64,000 nt of DNA, from assembly GCA_012295275.1 (NCBI GenBank), contig CM022672.1, positions 12,710,001 through 12,774,000 on the forward strand. Direction: 5' to 3'. A program made the translations under genes and the position numbers. The stretch comes from Chrysomallon squamiferum (Eukaryota; Animalia; Mollusca). Positions 1-14,600 of the stretch are shown in pieces. A model generated the notes under the pieces. It saw nothing but the letters and a program-made list of their open reading frames with translations, was not told the origin of the DNA and searched no databases. How positions within the stretch are numbered: the first letter of the stretch is position 1; each line of letters begins with the position of its first letter.

Positions 1-1124
1 TCAGTCTCCGTAAAAACAAAAACAAAATGGCGACATGTTTAACGAAATGCAATACTTTTAATTTGCTTTATTTTGCTTACCTCACTTTTACAGTACTGTC
101 CAACCTGCAGCTAAGTAACACAAATATATACATCTGCCCTATACACATTCAATAATAAAAATTACTACTTTACAAAGGTTAGACCCAGACAGGCCTCACC
201 TACATAGAAAATATTTTATAAATCACAAGACACTTACGCAGTTACTTCTGCGTACACTATTCCTTTTATAGTTTTTATCGCATATTCACTTCTTTCAGAG
301 TACTACCATAATAATAATAATAAACTCTGATCGTTGATGATTCTTCTAGATTTGATTATTTCTTTGCCATGTTCATGTATACATGTAACATGGTGATGAT
401 GGCATTTTGTGATCAATAATTCAATGAAATTTTCATCAAATCATAAAAATGTTTGGGTTTTCGTTTACAAATAAATATATATTTTTAAAATTTGAAAAAT
501 GTCCCCTTTTACTAATCGTTTTTTTATACGTGTAAATGTACGAAATAATATGTATAAATACGGCACAAATAACCAAAATTTCGAAATTATTTTTCCAAAC
601 TGTTTTGTTCTACGAGTCAAAAGCAAATCCCTAACGATGTGGGGTTTCGCACGGTGTACTTGACGTCACACGTGACACATTTAGAATCAAAGGGGAATGG
701 AAATTGTGTTTTAACTGCAACAAATTATGTTTATATATTACAGCACCACCTAATGTTTTGTTTTAAATATAATATTTTACTGATTTTGTTAAAATACAAA
801 ATAAAAACATAGAGTCACTGAATTTTCTAGTTAATTATTTGTAACATATTTTCTAAGTTCCTTTCGATTCTCTCCGTATTGAACTATATTAATAACATAC
901 AAGAATCTGGGCTCGTTGCCAACAAGTGGATGTTGTAGGCCATAGGCAAAAAGGTCATTATTTTGATCGGTACCCGATCTCGCTGTTGACGAGAGAGCAT
1001 CGTCACTGAACATTATTAGTTTATATCTTTTATAACAAATGCTGCGGACATGAATTAGAAATTAAATGATAACGTAAAGCATTTAAAAAAAAAAAAAAAA
1101 AAAAATCCATATTTAAGACCGAAT

Positions 1125-1190
<66 letters not shown>
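1125..1190. repeat. (CT)n microsatellite
   Basis: Pure CT run of about 60 bp followed by a short GT run. Confidence 0.95.
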
Positions 1191-1193
<3 letters not shown>

Positions 1194-1535
1194 TTTATTT
1201 CATACTGTTAACAAATAAAATAACGAATCGTTTTATTATGACGACACTTCGAAAATAGAACAAATTTATAAGAAAAAAAACAAAAACAAAAAAACAACAA
1301 CTCCAAAGCTACTATGTAAAACATTAATCCTCATTAGACTGAGTAAAATACAATGTCCTTGGTCTGTTATATAATAATTTTGTACATTATTTATCAGTAT
1401 CAAAAAAGAAAAGAAAAAAAAGTCGGACTCTTTTTAAAAGGATGGCATTTTTTTAAATTTATATTATTATTATTTTTTAAATATACAATTCTTTATTAGC
1501 ATCATAATCTTGAATAAACTGAAAATAATTTGGAA

Positions 1536-1536
<1 letters not shown>

Positions 1537-1573
<37 letters not shown>
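1537..1573. repeat. (CA)n microsatellite
   Basis: Visible CA run. Confidence 0.95.
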
Positions 1574-1576
<3 letters not shown>

Positions 1577-2052
1577 AAACGTCCACTGCAGTGTTGAATC
1601 AGGAATACTATTGTCATGGGGTAGCACCGCTATAATATGTAAGATAATAATTAATGTATAGTCATTAAAAGACACTATTTCGAATTTTGAAGGTATATCC
1701 TTGAAAAATCCACAGTTTAACATTAAAACAGTCCTTTCTGAATGAAAAACGTTTGATAAAATGAATTGTTTTGACTGTATGTTAAATTTATTTGCAGATA
1801 TGTACATTATCAGCTCACATTTCGCATTCAGTGGTGTTAACATTTATATTTTTTAATAATATGTACCAGAAACATACCTCGATAGAGACATGTATACAAA
1901 TAGCTATTATAACTTTAAGCAGGGATCCCAATTCTACAGTTGTATTAAAAATCTCACAAGCAGCTCATGTCAAACAATTTACAGCATGGAATGTAAATTC
2001 AGATATTATTTCAATTTATATTAATAAAACTAAATGTTACATATCAAATATC

Positions 2053-2175
2053 TAATAATAATAATAATAATAATAATAACAACAACAACAACAACAACAA
2101 CAACCATAATGATGATTATGATGATAACAACAACAACGATAATGATGATTATGATAATAAAATAATAATAACAAT
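2053..2175. repeat. Compound (AAT)n/(AAC)n/(GAT)n trinucleotide tract
   Basis: Visible mixed trinucleotide repeats. Confidence 0.9.
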
Positions 2176-3519
2176 AGAACAGAGTTCTGTTTGTTTTTGC
2201 TTTGTAGCAAGGGATATTTCATATTCATTATTCCATAAACAGGAATGCACTTTCCGTGGGCTAACTTAGTTCTGATCGCAGGCCATTATGAAAAACCAAG
2301 CAAAGCGAGCGCCCCGAGAGACTTGATCCTTCGCATCTCAACACTGCTGTAAAACACTTATCAATAATTTTGCATGAAATTACCAATGTTTTAATTATGT
2401 ATGTGTGTGTGCGCCTGCGTGTATGTGTGTGTGTGTGTATAAATGTCGAAAATAGAAGACATCAAATGTTCTGAATAAAATTAAAACAATCGGACACTCA
2501 GTCGTTTTAATTAATCAATTACATGTATTTGCCTACACGTTTAATAGAGGCAGATAACAAACTAGTAAAATAATCAAAGGAAGTAATAAATTATACTCCC
2601 AGGCCATGCGGAAAAAAAAGAAAAGAAAATTAAGATTTTGGTTAAATAACGATCTATATATAGGCAAATGGCCTTTTGGATGCATTTTGTCAAAAAGTTT
2701 ACATTCATTATTTATTTATGTTTGTTTACACCCTCCCCAAATAATAATATTCTATTACAGTAACTTTAGCAACTGCAACTGTCCAAATGGCATTCTGATT
2801 CTCAGCGGTCGAAGTCTGGGGCTATAGAGCAAGATGATTGGCTTACGGCTTTTGGTAACTTACAAAAGAGCCGATTTATTTGCTAGTGCACAAAAATATT
2901 ATATCTGCAAAGTACCTTAAAAGACAGTACAAACAGTCATTAGATCATTATACAATTTTATATCCTTCTTCAGATTTAAAAAAGCACCACCAACGACGAA
3001 ACGTTCCTCATGACATTTTTTTAATTCATAGGTTAGATGGTGTAAACATGACTAAAAGATAAAATGAGAGGCGATTCTACAAATATATTATTATATAACT
3101 ACAGTTGATATACTTGTATAGAAGTCTGAGAAATTTATGTGAATATGCAGATGGATTTTGGGTCAGAAAAAAAAATTCTTAATAATAAAAAACTAATTAA
3201 AATTAAAATTAAATCAAACTTTAAAATTCAGAAAATTCAGACTTCCTTTTATTATGATTTGATTATAATCACTTATTTTATAAATACAAAATTATTGTGT
3301 TATTTTTTCTTGGTTATTATTATTATTAGTGTTTAAATATTGTCAATAAGATGGACATAAAAATTAGGTATTTTTAAAAGATCATCAAAATCTGCAAAAT
3401 GCAGAGAAAGAGTCACAATTGTATGACGCAATGTATTCGAACTTAACCTACTTCATATGCCAATGACAAAAGGGAAGTAACTCGTCGTGTAAGGGTTAGA
3501 AGAAACGTGCTGTATAGAA

Positions 3520-4553
3520 ATGGCTCTGTCAAGTGTTAATTCATGTGTCGCCTGTGTTGTTAAACGTGTCGTTTTCACTGGACAGGTATTTAATTAATGA
3601 TTAGTTGCTTATTAACTTAAATATATACTACAACTGTATAAATATGAATTACTAATAAGTGTCATGCTTATACTTTCTCTTGGTTCCAATCGGAATAATA
3701 CTACGGTTAAAAGTAATCATACTTTCATAGTCATGTATTCAACACACTTCTTGTGTTACTATTAATGTTTGTATGTGATGATGTAATAAGTCCGTACTTA
3801 AAATTTGTCTTAAGAACAACGTCAGCATAAACAACAATTTGAACAAAACAACAAGACTTATAATGATTATGATTACATAAAATTGTTTCTTTAGAAATGA
3901 CCTCAGACTAACTTTCTAGTTACAACTTTAACTTAACGAAATAGAAATTCACGAATACCAATATTGAAATCATTAACAGGGAGCAGAGGGCTGGGTCATA
4001 GAGACAAAGCCATCAAAAGTTCTGGACCTCTAACAATTCTCAATCTTTTTCTCATATCCCATTATGATTATCAACCCACAATACCAATTTAATGATATCA
4101 TCAGATATATTATATGTTACTGAAAGTTGTTCAAGTACAGTGCTATCTCTGAGAATGAGACAAGTTTTGTTGCTATAATACAGGTGTGGGTTTTGTAAAA
4201 TATGCAGTACATTGATTTGCTGGATACTACTATTTGGGCAGTAATCGCTTAAAAGTCATACATGCCAATGGTCGTACAGCTTAAAATAGCAAATCCTGTC
4301 AGTTCCACTCATTTGGCATCACTGATCATATTAATCTGATTTATGCTAGATAATAATATGTGGGAAGAATGAAACAGATTACCAATAAACAAATTATGTA
4401 TATATTTATACAGTCTATTAAGTATTATGTACTTTCAGTAGAAAAGAAAATGTCAATTTTTGTTCCATAATAATAAAGCTAATCAAAATATTCTTACAAT
4501 TTTATTCATATTATTTGTTTTAAACTTATTTGGATGAAAAAAATGAAATGTTA

Positions 4554-4596
<43 letters not shown>

Positions 4597-5450
4597 TGTT
4601 AGCTAACTTTAATGTATAGCAGTAGTATAGAAATGTAAATCTCTTTATTTTTTAAATTGTGCAGTCAGTGAATATAGCACGTGCAGTAAGTCAGTCAGCA
4701 GTAAAATTTTGTGAAGCTGAAGAAACAACAGAAGCAAAACCTTACAGAAAACGACCCCCTCGAATTGAAGTGGATGCCCTGACAAGCAAAAGATACCTCA
4801 ACAGCAAAGGTGTGTTAAATATTTTATGTTCTGTTAGAGTAATTTTTTTATTATTATTTATAATCAGACTGTCAGTTTTAACATTTAACATTCAGTATTT
4901 GTGGTAAATAATTTATGAAATTTATATTTTGTTAAAATTACATTAAATATTTTTATTTATAATCAGTTTTAACATTTAATAGTAATTAATTGTGTTAAAT
5001 TTTGTTAAATCAAATATTTTCAGTTATAATCAGTCTGATAGTTTTAACTTTAACATTCAGTATTATATATATAGAAAAATCGTCTCAGCAGAATGAACTA
5101 TATTCCAACAGAATAGAAACATATTGCTCATTGATTAAGATTTCTGTATTTTAGGGTAAAACTGAACTAAGCTTTATAATGTTTGTTACATAAATAAACA
5201 ATAATTCTCTGATACCAGATAAATCAAAACTTCAAATAAAAAAATAACAGTCTTTAAAAAATGTTTAAAAATTTAAAAAATTGATTAGCAGTTATCTAAA
5301 TATTTGGTACAATGCCTTGAACATCATTTGGCATTATTCTTATTCATCATTTTTGGCTGATCATCTGGTTAAATGGCAACCAAACTAATAATGAAAGGTA
5401 GCAATTATTGTTAAAACTGGTCAGAAAAATAAATGTTTAAATTGTTATTC

Positions 5451-5487
<37 letters not shown>

Positions 5488-8400
5488 TTTCTACATAGCT
5501 TTTGGTGAATGGCAAACAAGTTCTATCAAATTTAATTTAATAAAACTTGTTAACTTCTTTTTATTTTTTATCAGTCTTCAAAAGATATGTTATATAACAA
5601 AGTAGAAGGTGTTGACAAATAATAATTTTAATACAGCTTGTTAATTAATTCATAGTAGCTTAATATCACAACCACTTTTAATTAACTTTTAATTAATCAT
5701 TCATGAGAAAACATGTTATATAATCAAGCAGTATGTCTAAGCAGATGACACGTGAATTTTGCCTTACATTTGATTTAATACAGCTTATTAACTGACTCCA
5801 GTCAGGACTACTTTGATTTGTTTGTTTCAGTATTCAAAGAATGTGTTAGGTAACCAAGCAGTATGTTTTGGCTGTTAATAATGTGAATTCAGAATTAGAT
5901 TATATTTAATCCTGCTCGTTAACAAACTCTTAAGAATGTTAAACCATACTATCTTTTAACTGATTATTTTTTGTATCAGTTTTCAGATAACATATAAGTA
6001 AGTAGTAAATGAAATGTAAATTCTGCCTTCCATTGTATTTAATATAGCTTGTTAACAAACTTTAATTAGTTTAAGATCACAATCCCTTTTGATTTTTTAT
6101 TAGTCTTCAAACTAAGTATTACTAAATTTTTATTGAATACAGTTTGTTAATTGACTTGTAATAGTTTAAACAAATTTTGTTTATCAGTCTTCTGACAAGG
6201 GGTGTGTATTTTCAGAAAGCAACATTGACAGTACTTCATACCTATGCATTATGAAGTCAGTAACATGACATTGAAGTTTGGTTAATTTATGAGCCTTGTA
6301 AAAGCATAGAGTGTAAATGTGTCAAATTCTACTATTAAATAAAACATTTCTAACTTCCTGGCAGTGTATATTATCACTTCCTTCTAATCAGTTAGAGTAG
6401 TTGAGTAACAGCCTTCCTCATTCGTATACCCCATTTTTTCTTTCTTTTTCTTAATAAATGTTGTTTGAAAAATCCTTTTTGCTTAACATCTGAAAAGTAT
6501 TATTAATAGATAAACAAGTTATTTAAATATTTATTCATTACTTTATGTTTAGCATATGAAGAGGCGTATGGAGATAAACCTGTATGGACGCACTACAGAC
6601 GAAATTTCAAAGGACAGCTGGCACCCAGAACACGCAAGACATGTATTGTACGGATATGTTTTTATTTTTAAACATCTTAAATATTTTATATTATTTTGTT
6701 AAAACTGTTTTGTTTACTTTTTATTTAAATTAAACCCAAACTTCATGGTAACAAAATAACTAAATGAATGAATGAATGAAATAATGATGTTTGAAGACTT
6801 AATGGAAAACATGCTGAAATATATTTTAACAAATAGTTAAAACAGTTATATGTACAAAGTAGATAAAAGGAAATCTAGTTTGATGTCAGATAACATTTTA
6901 AAAACATATTTCTGGAGAGCAGCTAAATGATATACTGGAAATTAAATTCAAATATTTTATATAAAGAAGGAAAAAGAAACATATTAGAATCACATTATTT
7001 TTGTAGTTCTTAATATATTTTTAATTTTTGTTTTAATATTACAGAGGGCAGGTGAAATAAGCACAGGAAATCCATGCCCTATCTGTCGAGATGAGTATCT
7101 GGTCATTGACTACACTGTGAGTATGACAAAATAAAAATATAAGCTAAAAATTATTTAAAAAGAAACTGAGAAATCTGTAAAATCAGTACTGTTCAGACCA
7201 GTGAAATAAGGTATTGGAATTATGAAGGAGAATGCTCCCACTAATTAAATGGATAATGAATTTGATTAAATAAGTTAATGAATTCACTGGTGAGTCCAAG
7301 ACGAGTGTACATTTATTTTGATTAAATAAATTGGTGAAATTGTTGGACATGTGACAGTTTTTTTGGGGGAATGTAAGAATGTAGTAGTGCATATTTAAAA
7401 AAAAGAAAAGATTCTGGATGTTAAATAACAGATTTATATCACTGTTAATGTTAGAAATCTTCTTAAGTAATTTCACATGCAATACCTTGTATGGATTCAA
7501 AACCTTTAATTTTTTGTGTCTAATTCAAGAATGTAAATGAAAATTATTTTAAGACTGAATTAACATTTCTTGTAATCATAAAACAATAATGTTTTCTCAC
7601 ATGCTAAATTACAAGTTTAACCCCTATAGAGCCAATGGATGATTGCATTATTATTTCATACAAAGCTTATTTAAAAAATGTATTTGGTCGAAGATGTCGT
7701 TGAACTATGAAATTGTATAAACAACAATAAAAGTTTCAGGAACATGCTTTACACTGCACCCTTTATGAATATAGCTACATATATAGTAAAATACCCTGTT
7801 TAATGAGGTAAAGAAATTATTTTTAATTTGAAAGTTTTTGATTTTTCAGAATACTAAGTTACTAGCACAGTTTCTTTCTCCGCACACGGGTGAGGTTCTT
7901 GGCACACAAAAGACAGGACTCTGTCAAAAGCAGCACAAGAAACTTCTCATTGAAATAATGAAGGCAAGACATCATGGTAAGTATCTGTACTACTAAAATA
8001 AAGTACGAAATCTGATATTATTGGGGAAATAAATAACAGAAACAGTGAAAGAAATGCAACATAAATCGTTAATGTTGAGAATGATTTGGATTTTAAATAA
8101 CAAAATGTAGCGCCCAACTTTTACCTTCATTTCTACTAATGCAAACTATCCTCATTTGAAATTTAGAGTTTTAAATTTAAAAACATTATTTGCACAGTTG
8201 CTTAGTTTAAAATCAGAGCACTTGCCAGAATTGATAGGTTGCAGGATTAAGTGTGACTAACAGGCTATTTATGAGGGTAATTCAACAATGATTTTAAGAT
8301 TTTATTAAACAAATGTAATACTACAAATGAAATTGGGGTAGTTGGGGATGTTGAGTTATGTACAGTGTTGTATTCCATACTAATTTCATTTCAGTAGCTT

Positions 8401-8794
8401 GTGTGGTTGCAAAGTTATGTGTAGTTGAATAATTATAATCACAGAATTTTTCTGTGCAAATTTGGTTAACTCATGGTTCTGGAAAGTCCTTCAAAAATAT
8501 CTTTAGCTTTATAAATTATACTTTTATTTTTATTTTAATTTTCTATTTTTTATCTAGGTTGTAACAAAGTATTTAGGTAGCTGTTTCCATCAAAATCTTA
8601 ATACTACATGCTTTTTGGTGCTAGTTTGGAAGTCAGTTTTATGAATTTATCAATTTTATTAATTCATATGGATATATTTACATCCAGAATTTTTTTTTTT
8701 TTACCTTCCAGGTTTAATAGATGACAATGTACCATTTCGTGAATACGATTACAGTGAATATTTGGATCAATCACGCTCTAAATCATCAGCTTAA
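3520..8794 (+). CDS. MRPS18B: Mitochondrial small ribosomal subunit protein S18B (mS40), 6 exons, 195 aa
   Basis: Exons 3520-3585, 4665-4809, 6553-6647, 7045-7116, 7850-7976, 8712-8794, all GT-AG and phase-consistent (588 nt, TAA). Translation [10 protein letters not shown]...[107 protein letters not shown] carries the MRPS18B signatures (PVW.x[27 protein letters not shown]). N-terminus lacks acidic residues, consistent with a mitochondrial targeting peptide. Confidence 0.95.
4555..4598. repeat. (GT)n microsatellite in MRPS18B intron 1
   Basis: Visible GT run. Confidence 0.95.
5530..6195. repeat. Degenerate minisatellite (about 100-145 bp period, about 6 copies) in MRPS18B intron 2
   Basis: Recurrent core TTTAATACAGCTTGTTAA...TATCAGTCTTC near 5531, 5626, 5773, 5903, 6036 and 6132. 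Confidence 0.7.
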
Positions 8795-8869
8795 CATTTA
8801 CTTGAGTATAGGAAGAAGAACCAGACTGTGCAGTTTCTCATTATAGTGACGTGTACTAAAACCTTGATT

Positions 8870-8875
8870 AATAAA
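8870..8875 (+). terminator. Candidate polyadenylation signal of MRPS18B
   Basis: AATAAA about 75 nt after the stop codon; a second copy lies near 8939-8944. Confidence 0.45.
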
Positions 8876-11661
8876 CTATTCAGCCTTTTTTAAACAGTGT
8901 TGAATAATGTGAATAAGTTAAAAATGCTAGCTTTTTTCAATAAAACTAGCCATTATTTTCAAACATTTTAAATGTTGCAAGGAAAAAAGGCTTAGAGGAA
9001 AAGGAAAACAATTACTGACATCCAGAAAAGACTGTGTGTGTAAGTGAACAATTAATTTTGTAAAAAAAACCAACACATTAACAACAAGAATTGATTAATT
9101 TTTTATTTATTTAATATATATGATTATTTCTTACAAGTACATTTATTCAATTATAAATGTAGAGAACAAATTTGTATGAAATTAATGTCTTGTGCATAAA
9201 TAATTTTTTTTCTTTTTCTCGACATATATTTTTCATTGAGCAATTTTAAAACGTTTTTTAAAGCAATAGTTTGGAACATAAAATACTGATGTGCAAGTTT
9301 CTCAAATTTATATTTCATTTTCAGGAAGCAATTTTTTTTTATTCAGCAACCTTTCAGTTCATTTAATATTATTAGTTCAACAGACTGGTATTTTACTCCA
9401 GAATATATAAAAAAATGCAGTTGAATGCGGATTTAATACAAAAGAAAAATGAAAAAAAAAAAAAAAAGTAATACTGTGTGTAAAAATGAAAATTAAGTGA
9501 GATGGTTACTTTCTTTATAATGCATTTGATTTGATAAGCAGATGTGATATTAGGTCAATTTAGGCAACATCATAACACTAATAAAAACTGACCAGATTTG
9601 ATTTGTTTTTGTTGCTAAATATGTTGACTGAAACAATAAGAGGATCGACAATATGAAAATAATAATTAGGATATTTATTAAACTGAACACAACCACTTAA
9701 AGTTTATAGTTTAAATGTGGATTCTACTGCTAGAACATCCCCTTAAGACAAAAATAAAGTTTGAACTGTTCACATCTCATATATCAACATTACTTTAGCT
9801 TACAATGGAAATCCTTGGTTGAGCCATTTTCGTTCAGTAGTATAAGCAGATAATGGATTATGAGAACAAATCAGTTTAGTTAAACATGGATTGTAGTTGT
9901 ACATGTAAAAATTAAAATACATGAATATTTTGAAAATAGCTGTAAAGAACCATGTTAATTTACTGTTATAAATAATGGGACTCAAAAATAATGGATTCCA
10001 GATGATGTCTGAATGAAAAAGAGAACTATTGAAAATTGTAGTTTCCATTAATAATCAAGAGGAAAAATGTTCATACTATTTAGCCTATTCAGATTTAAAA
10101 TTCACTTTTAACGTCTTGCTGTTAAATAGGCATTGCCCACTTTGGTAATGAAGAAGTTAAACTCAAGCCATGAAGCAAGCCATTGATTCACAAATAAAGC
10201 AGTTTGATATTCAAAAAAAACACCAACTGGAATATGTTAATAAAACTTTCCATTGATCTGAAGACAACTATTCACACAGCTCATTACGATATACCTTGGC
10301 AAACAAGTAAATTCAACTTTACCACTGTTTGATGCAAACAGCTCAACAGAATATAGTGCACAATCTTAAATGAAAAAACCAAATGCCCCCCACCCCAAAA
10401 AAGCCCATTCACTACCCTTTTATAAAAAATGTGCACACAGATGAGTTTTTAAAAACCAAATGTCTATGACACTGTTATAAGGTGGCAAAAAGAGTTTTGT
10501 GAAATTTAATGATTCATAAATTAAAGTTTAAAATAAAAAAAATTACAGAATTAACAAAACTCAACAGTGGAAACATAATTTTGACAAAAAACATTTAAAT
10601 TAACTTTTCTGAATTCATCTTAATTTGTTATATATATATAATTTAAATATAAATAAATAAATAAAAAATATGAAAGCTACCCCCTAAGGAAGTTACTTGT
10701 GGTTCACACAAACTCTGCTCAGTTAATAATCTGACTACTACATTCTCTACTTATAAATTCTTAAGCTTTAGTTACAGTCCAAACCATATGTCCTCAGTCA
10801 TTAGAAACTTCATATTACCCTTCAAAAAAATTAGGATAGTTAACCTGTCTAACAATTCAATGCCTGCTTTACTGTTAAAAATGTCACAGTCAAAACTGAA
10901 ATCTGATTTATTATAATGAGTTACTGACTAATTTAGATTTAAAATGTAATTATCAGGCAGTTACTTCCCTAAATCCAAAAACGCAAACTGTAATATATTT
11001 TGTGTCCTGTTTGGTTATGTAAAACTACATGTACTTTCACAATTAAAAATGTGATAGATTCAGCAGTGTAGTTTATTTAATTTAGAGTCAACTTTAAGAT
11101 TCATTTATGTCCATATTTAACTGAAAAGTTATAAAACTTTATCTCCTGTTTTTTCTGAATAATTCGTCATCCAAATGTTTCATTTTTCTTTTTACTTTAA
11201 GTGGAAATGTTGTAACATACATCACTATTAAATTATTATTTTCTTTTAAATATAAATCTTTCATCCTATGAAATAATGTATCGAGCCACATTTTTCAGAA
11301 AAAAACATGAAAAATCTAATGGAAAACACACTTCAGCTAGGAAACAGCTTTGCAACACCTGATAAAAATATTTCTCCATTTTCTGCAAAGACTTTAAAAG
11401 AGGCACATGCAACAAATGTAATAATTAATTTTGGCTTTAAGTCCTTCTTCCACCATTTCATAAAAACAATACATAAACATTCAGACAACTTGGCACATAA
11501 TTTAATATATTTACAAACATATATATACACCCACACACATATATATTTATATAAGACACATAGATGCACAGACTCACATTCATACACACACCCACAAGGA
11601 CACGAACGCGTGGCATGTGCATACAAGCTTGCGAGCACTAGCATGCAGTTATTCACAACAT

Positions 11662-14600
11662 TTATTTGGTTGATTTCTCAAAGCAACCACTGTCTGTCGC
11701 TTTACTGCTGACAGACGATTTACTGTCGTCGCTGTCTGTGTACATTGTCTTCTGTGACTGCATCAGTGAAGAATCGCTACACTGCGATGAGGATTTCTCT
11801 CTTGGCAATGAATCAATCTCCCCATGACAGTATTTTTCTCGACTCTGAAGCAGATCGCCATGACAACATTCTGAAGAAAATTCTTCCAAAGTCCCAGACT
11901 TTATCACACTGTTGTTGAGTGAGTTGATGTTTAGTGATGGATCATCAGTTCTTTCCTGTCCTTGAAACAATGGACGATGTGGATCAACAGCGTCGGGAGA
12001 TATACCTTTGGTGAAAAAAATGAAAAGAATCATAATAAAGCAAAAATAAAAGATCTGAGACACTGCTTATGTGGCAAAATGAAATAAAAAACCCTTTGAA
12101 CCCTGATACATATAATGACACAACTCAACCCTGGCTTTGATGGAAAATAATAATTACTATAATAACAAAAATAACAGATATTACTCATACAGTAAAATGT
12201 AATTTATTAACCCTATGAATCCTGAGATATTATAATAATACATAGCTAAATCCTAGCTTTGGTGGGGAAAGTAATAACTCCAATAATAACAAAAATAAAA
12301 GATACAAGATATTTCTTATGTGGCAAAATGAACTGAATTAAATAATATGTCATGAAATTATGAAGTCACGACAATAAAATGAACAAAAAGCAAGTTTTAA
12401 TTAATGGAAGATGAAATTGATTTATTATATATGGCATAAATTTACAGTGTTTTTGAAATTTACTACATCTTTTAAAATATTTTTATACTGACCAAAAAAA
12501 AACAACTTTCTGGTTACAATTAACAACAAACAATAATTTTTAGTAAATAATAATGATAATAATAATCATAGCAATCATAGTAATAGTACTAGTACAAGTA
12601 ACCACAACCACAACAAAACAACAGTTTTATTAAAAATAATTTACTTTGTGACTGAACCTTTCCAGACAGCTGATCTATGTGACTGTACAGATTGAGAATT
12701 TGGCTCTCCAGCTGCTGGTTTATTCTCAGGATGGTATTATACTTGTCCTGCACAGCCTGCAATAAACACTTTCACTTTGAAAAAATATATCATCATCAGT
12801 GATATTAACTGATTCAGCTTCACACACATACATATATTTATATGAATGAATGTATGTATGTATGTATGTATATGGATGTGTACATGTATATGTATATGTA
12901 TATGTATATTCATTTAACTATGTATATAAAAACTAGGTATGGTAGTCCAGGCCCTGACCTTGTTATCACCAATTGTTTTTCAGGGCAATAAAACATGTAT
13001 TTAAACAAAATCTTAAGGAATCCAAAAAGGAATATTTTTCAATAAAAATACGCAATGCCTAACAGATTAAATTTTTCTGGAACTAAACGAATATAATAAT
13101 GACACATCAATTTTATCTCCAGTTAAAACAGAGATCATCAGTGAAATGTTAAATTAAGAAAATCATTACCTTCAGTTCATCTTCATGACTGGTCTTCACA
13201 TTCTCCAGGTTCTTCTTCACACTGCAAACAGCAATTTCCTTCAGAAAAATAACAGCAATAATAAAAATAATATTAACAACAAGAATAACAAATAGTAACA
13301 ATGGTAACAATGACAATAATAAAAATAATTCATTAATGGCATTAAACTGGAGAAAAAGAACTGATTCTTTGATGACCCCTTAAAAATATTTTAACAGTCA
13401 TTGTTATTACATTTTGCCCATTTAATAGGTTGATATATGAAAATAACAAGAAAAAACTTCCTTTAAAAATATTAGAATTTTTAAAAACTGATGTAAATTA
13501 ATAAATGATTTCTTAAATATCTCATTATTATTATTTATTATCAATTAAAGTGAATACATGAAAAAAAAAGCCCAATAAGAATATTTCATTTATAGCATGA
13601 AAGTGAAGAAAAAAGAAGAAAATTAAACTTTAATTCTTTAACATATTTTAATGTATTACTTAGTTTAAAACATGTGGTTTTGCCACTAAACTATCAGCTT
13701 CTCTTTGAAACAGACCATGGTTTAACAAAACCACATTTAACTTAACAATCAGATCTTATTTTTGTGTTATATTTTTTTTGTAAATTGGATGTATTTTAGT
13801 ACAAATCTTGTTTTTTTCTAAGTCATGGATAAACATACAAATATCTGTACCTTTTTTCTGTTCAGTTCTTCATAGTGACTAATCTTTGATTTCAGCAAGT
13901 CCAGCTGAACAGTTTTTTGTTTGAGGTCAGCTCTAATACCTGCAAGTGAAATCTAACAATGTGAAAATGACAAAATATTAAAAATTATTTTGCTTTTTTT
14001 TCAGAAATGCAAAAGGAAAACATTTAAATTGATTTAATATATACAAATTGATATTACCTTATGGTAGCAGAAGATAATTTATGTGGAAGCATCATCAGGC
14101 CATAAAAGAATGAAAATATTTTCTCTCAACCATATTATGTATTATAATTTCTGAAATCTATCCAAAATCTATGTGATGGATGAAATCGTATTTTATTTAC
14201 AACTCTTTTATCTTTTATTTTATTTTGATATGTTTAATGAAGAGATTAACAATTTGGATAGCAACCTCTGATTTCTGCTTTCAGTGATGTCACTGAAATG
14301 TTTTGTTCACCCTTCAGGTTCTGTAGAGGTCGCAATGTGTTTATTTTCTCTTGAGACTTCTGCTGCAGTTCACCCATCAACAGAATTTCTTTCTGCAGCT
14401 GGAATATCTAAAATATGAAATTCAATTTCTGAATACTGTGAATAAATCAATATTTGTTTAAAGACATTATAAGACATTTTATCATTATGTTTCAGACATA
14501 TTTTTTTTTGTACAATAATATTATAAATGAGGAAATCCACATTTATCACGCCATGTGCTACTTTCACATGTTAGCAGCAAAAGATCTTTTGTAAGTACCT

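Noticed and set aside
27-155. Short plus-strand ORF beginning AAAATGGCG (good start context)
   Set aside because: Only about 42 codons with no recognisable homology and no convincing splice continuation.
2195-2345. Possible decayed SINE fragment (also 42726-42778 and 49240-49500)
   Set aside because: Resemblance to molluscan repeats is from memory only; no termini, TSD or second copy in the window.
11307-11711. 134-aa plus-strand and 107-aa minus-strand ORFs
   Set aside because: They lie in the TSC1 3'UTR, are driven by CA/TA-rich sequence and have no recognisable domain.
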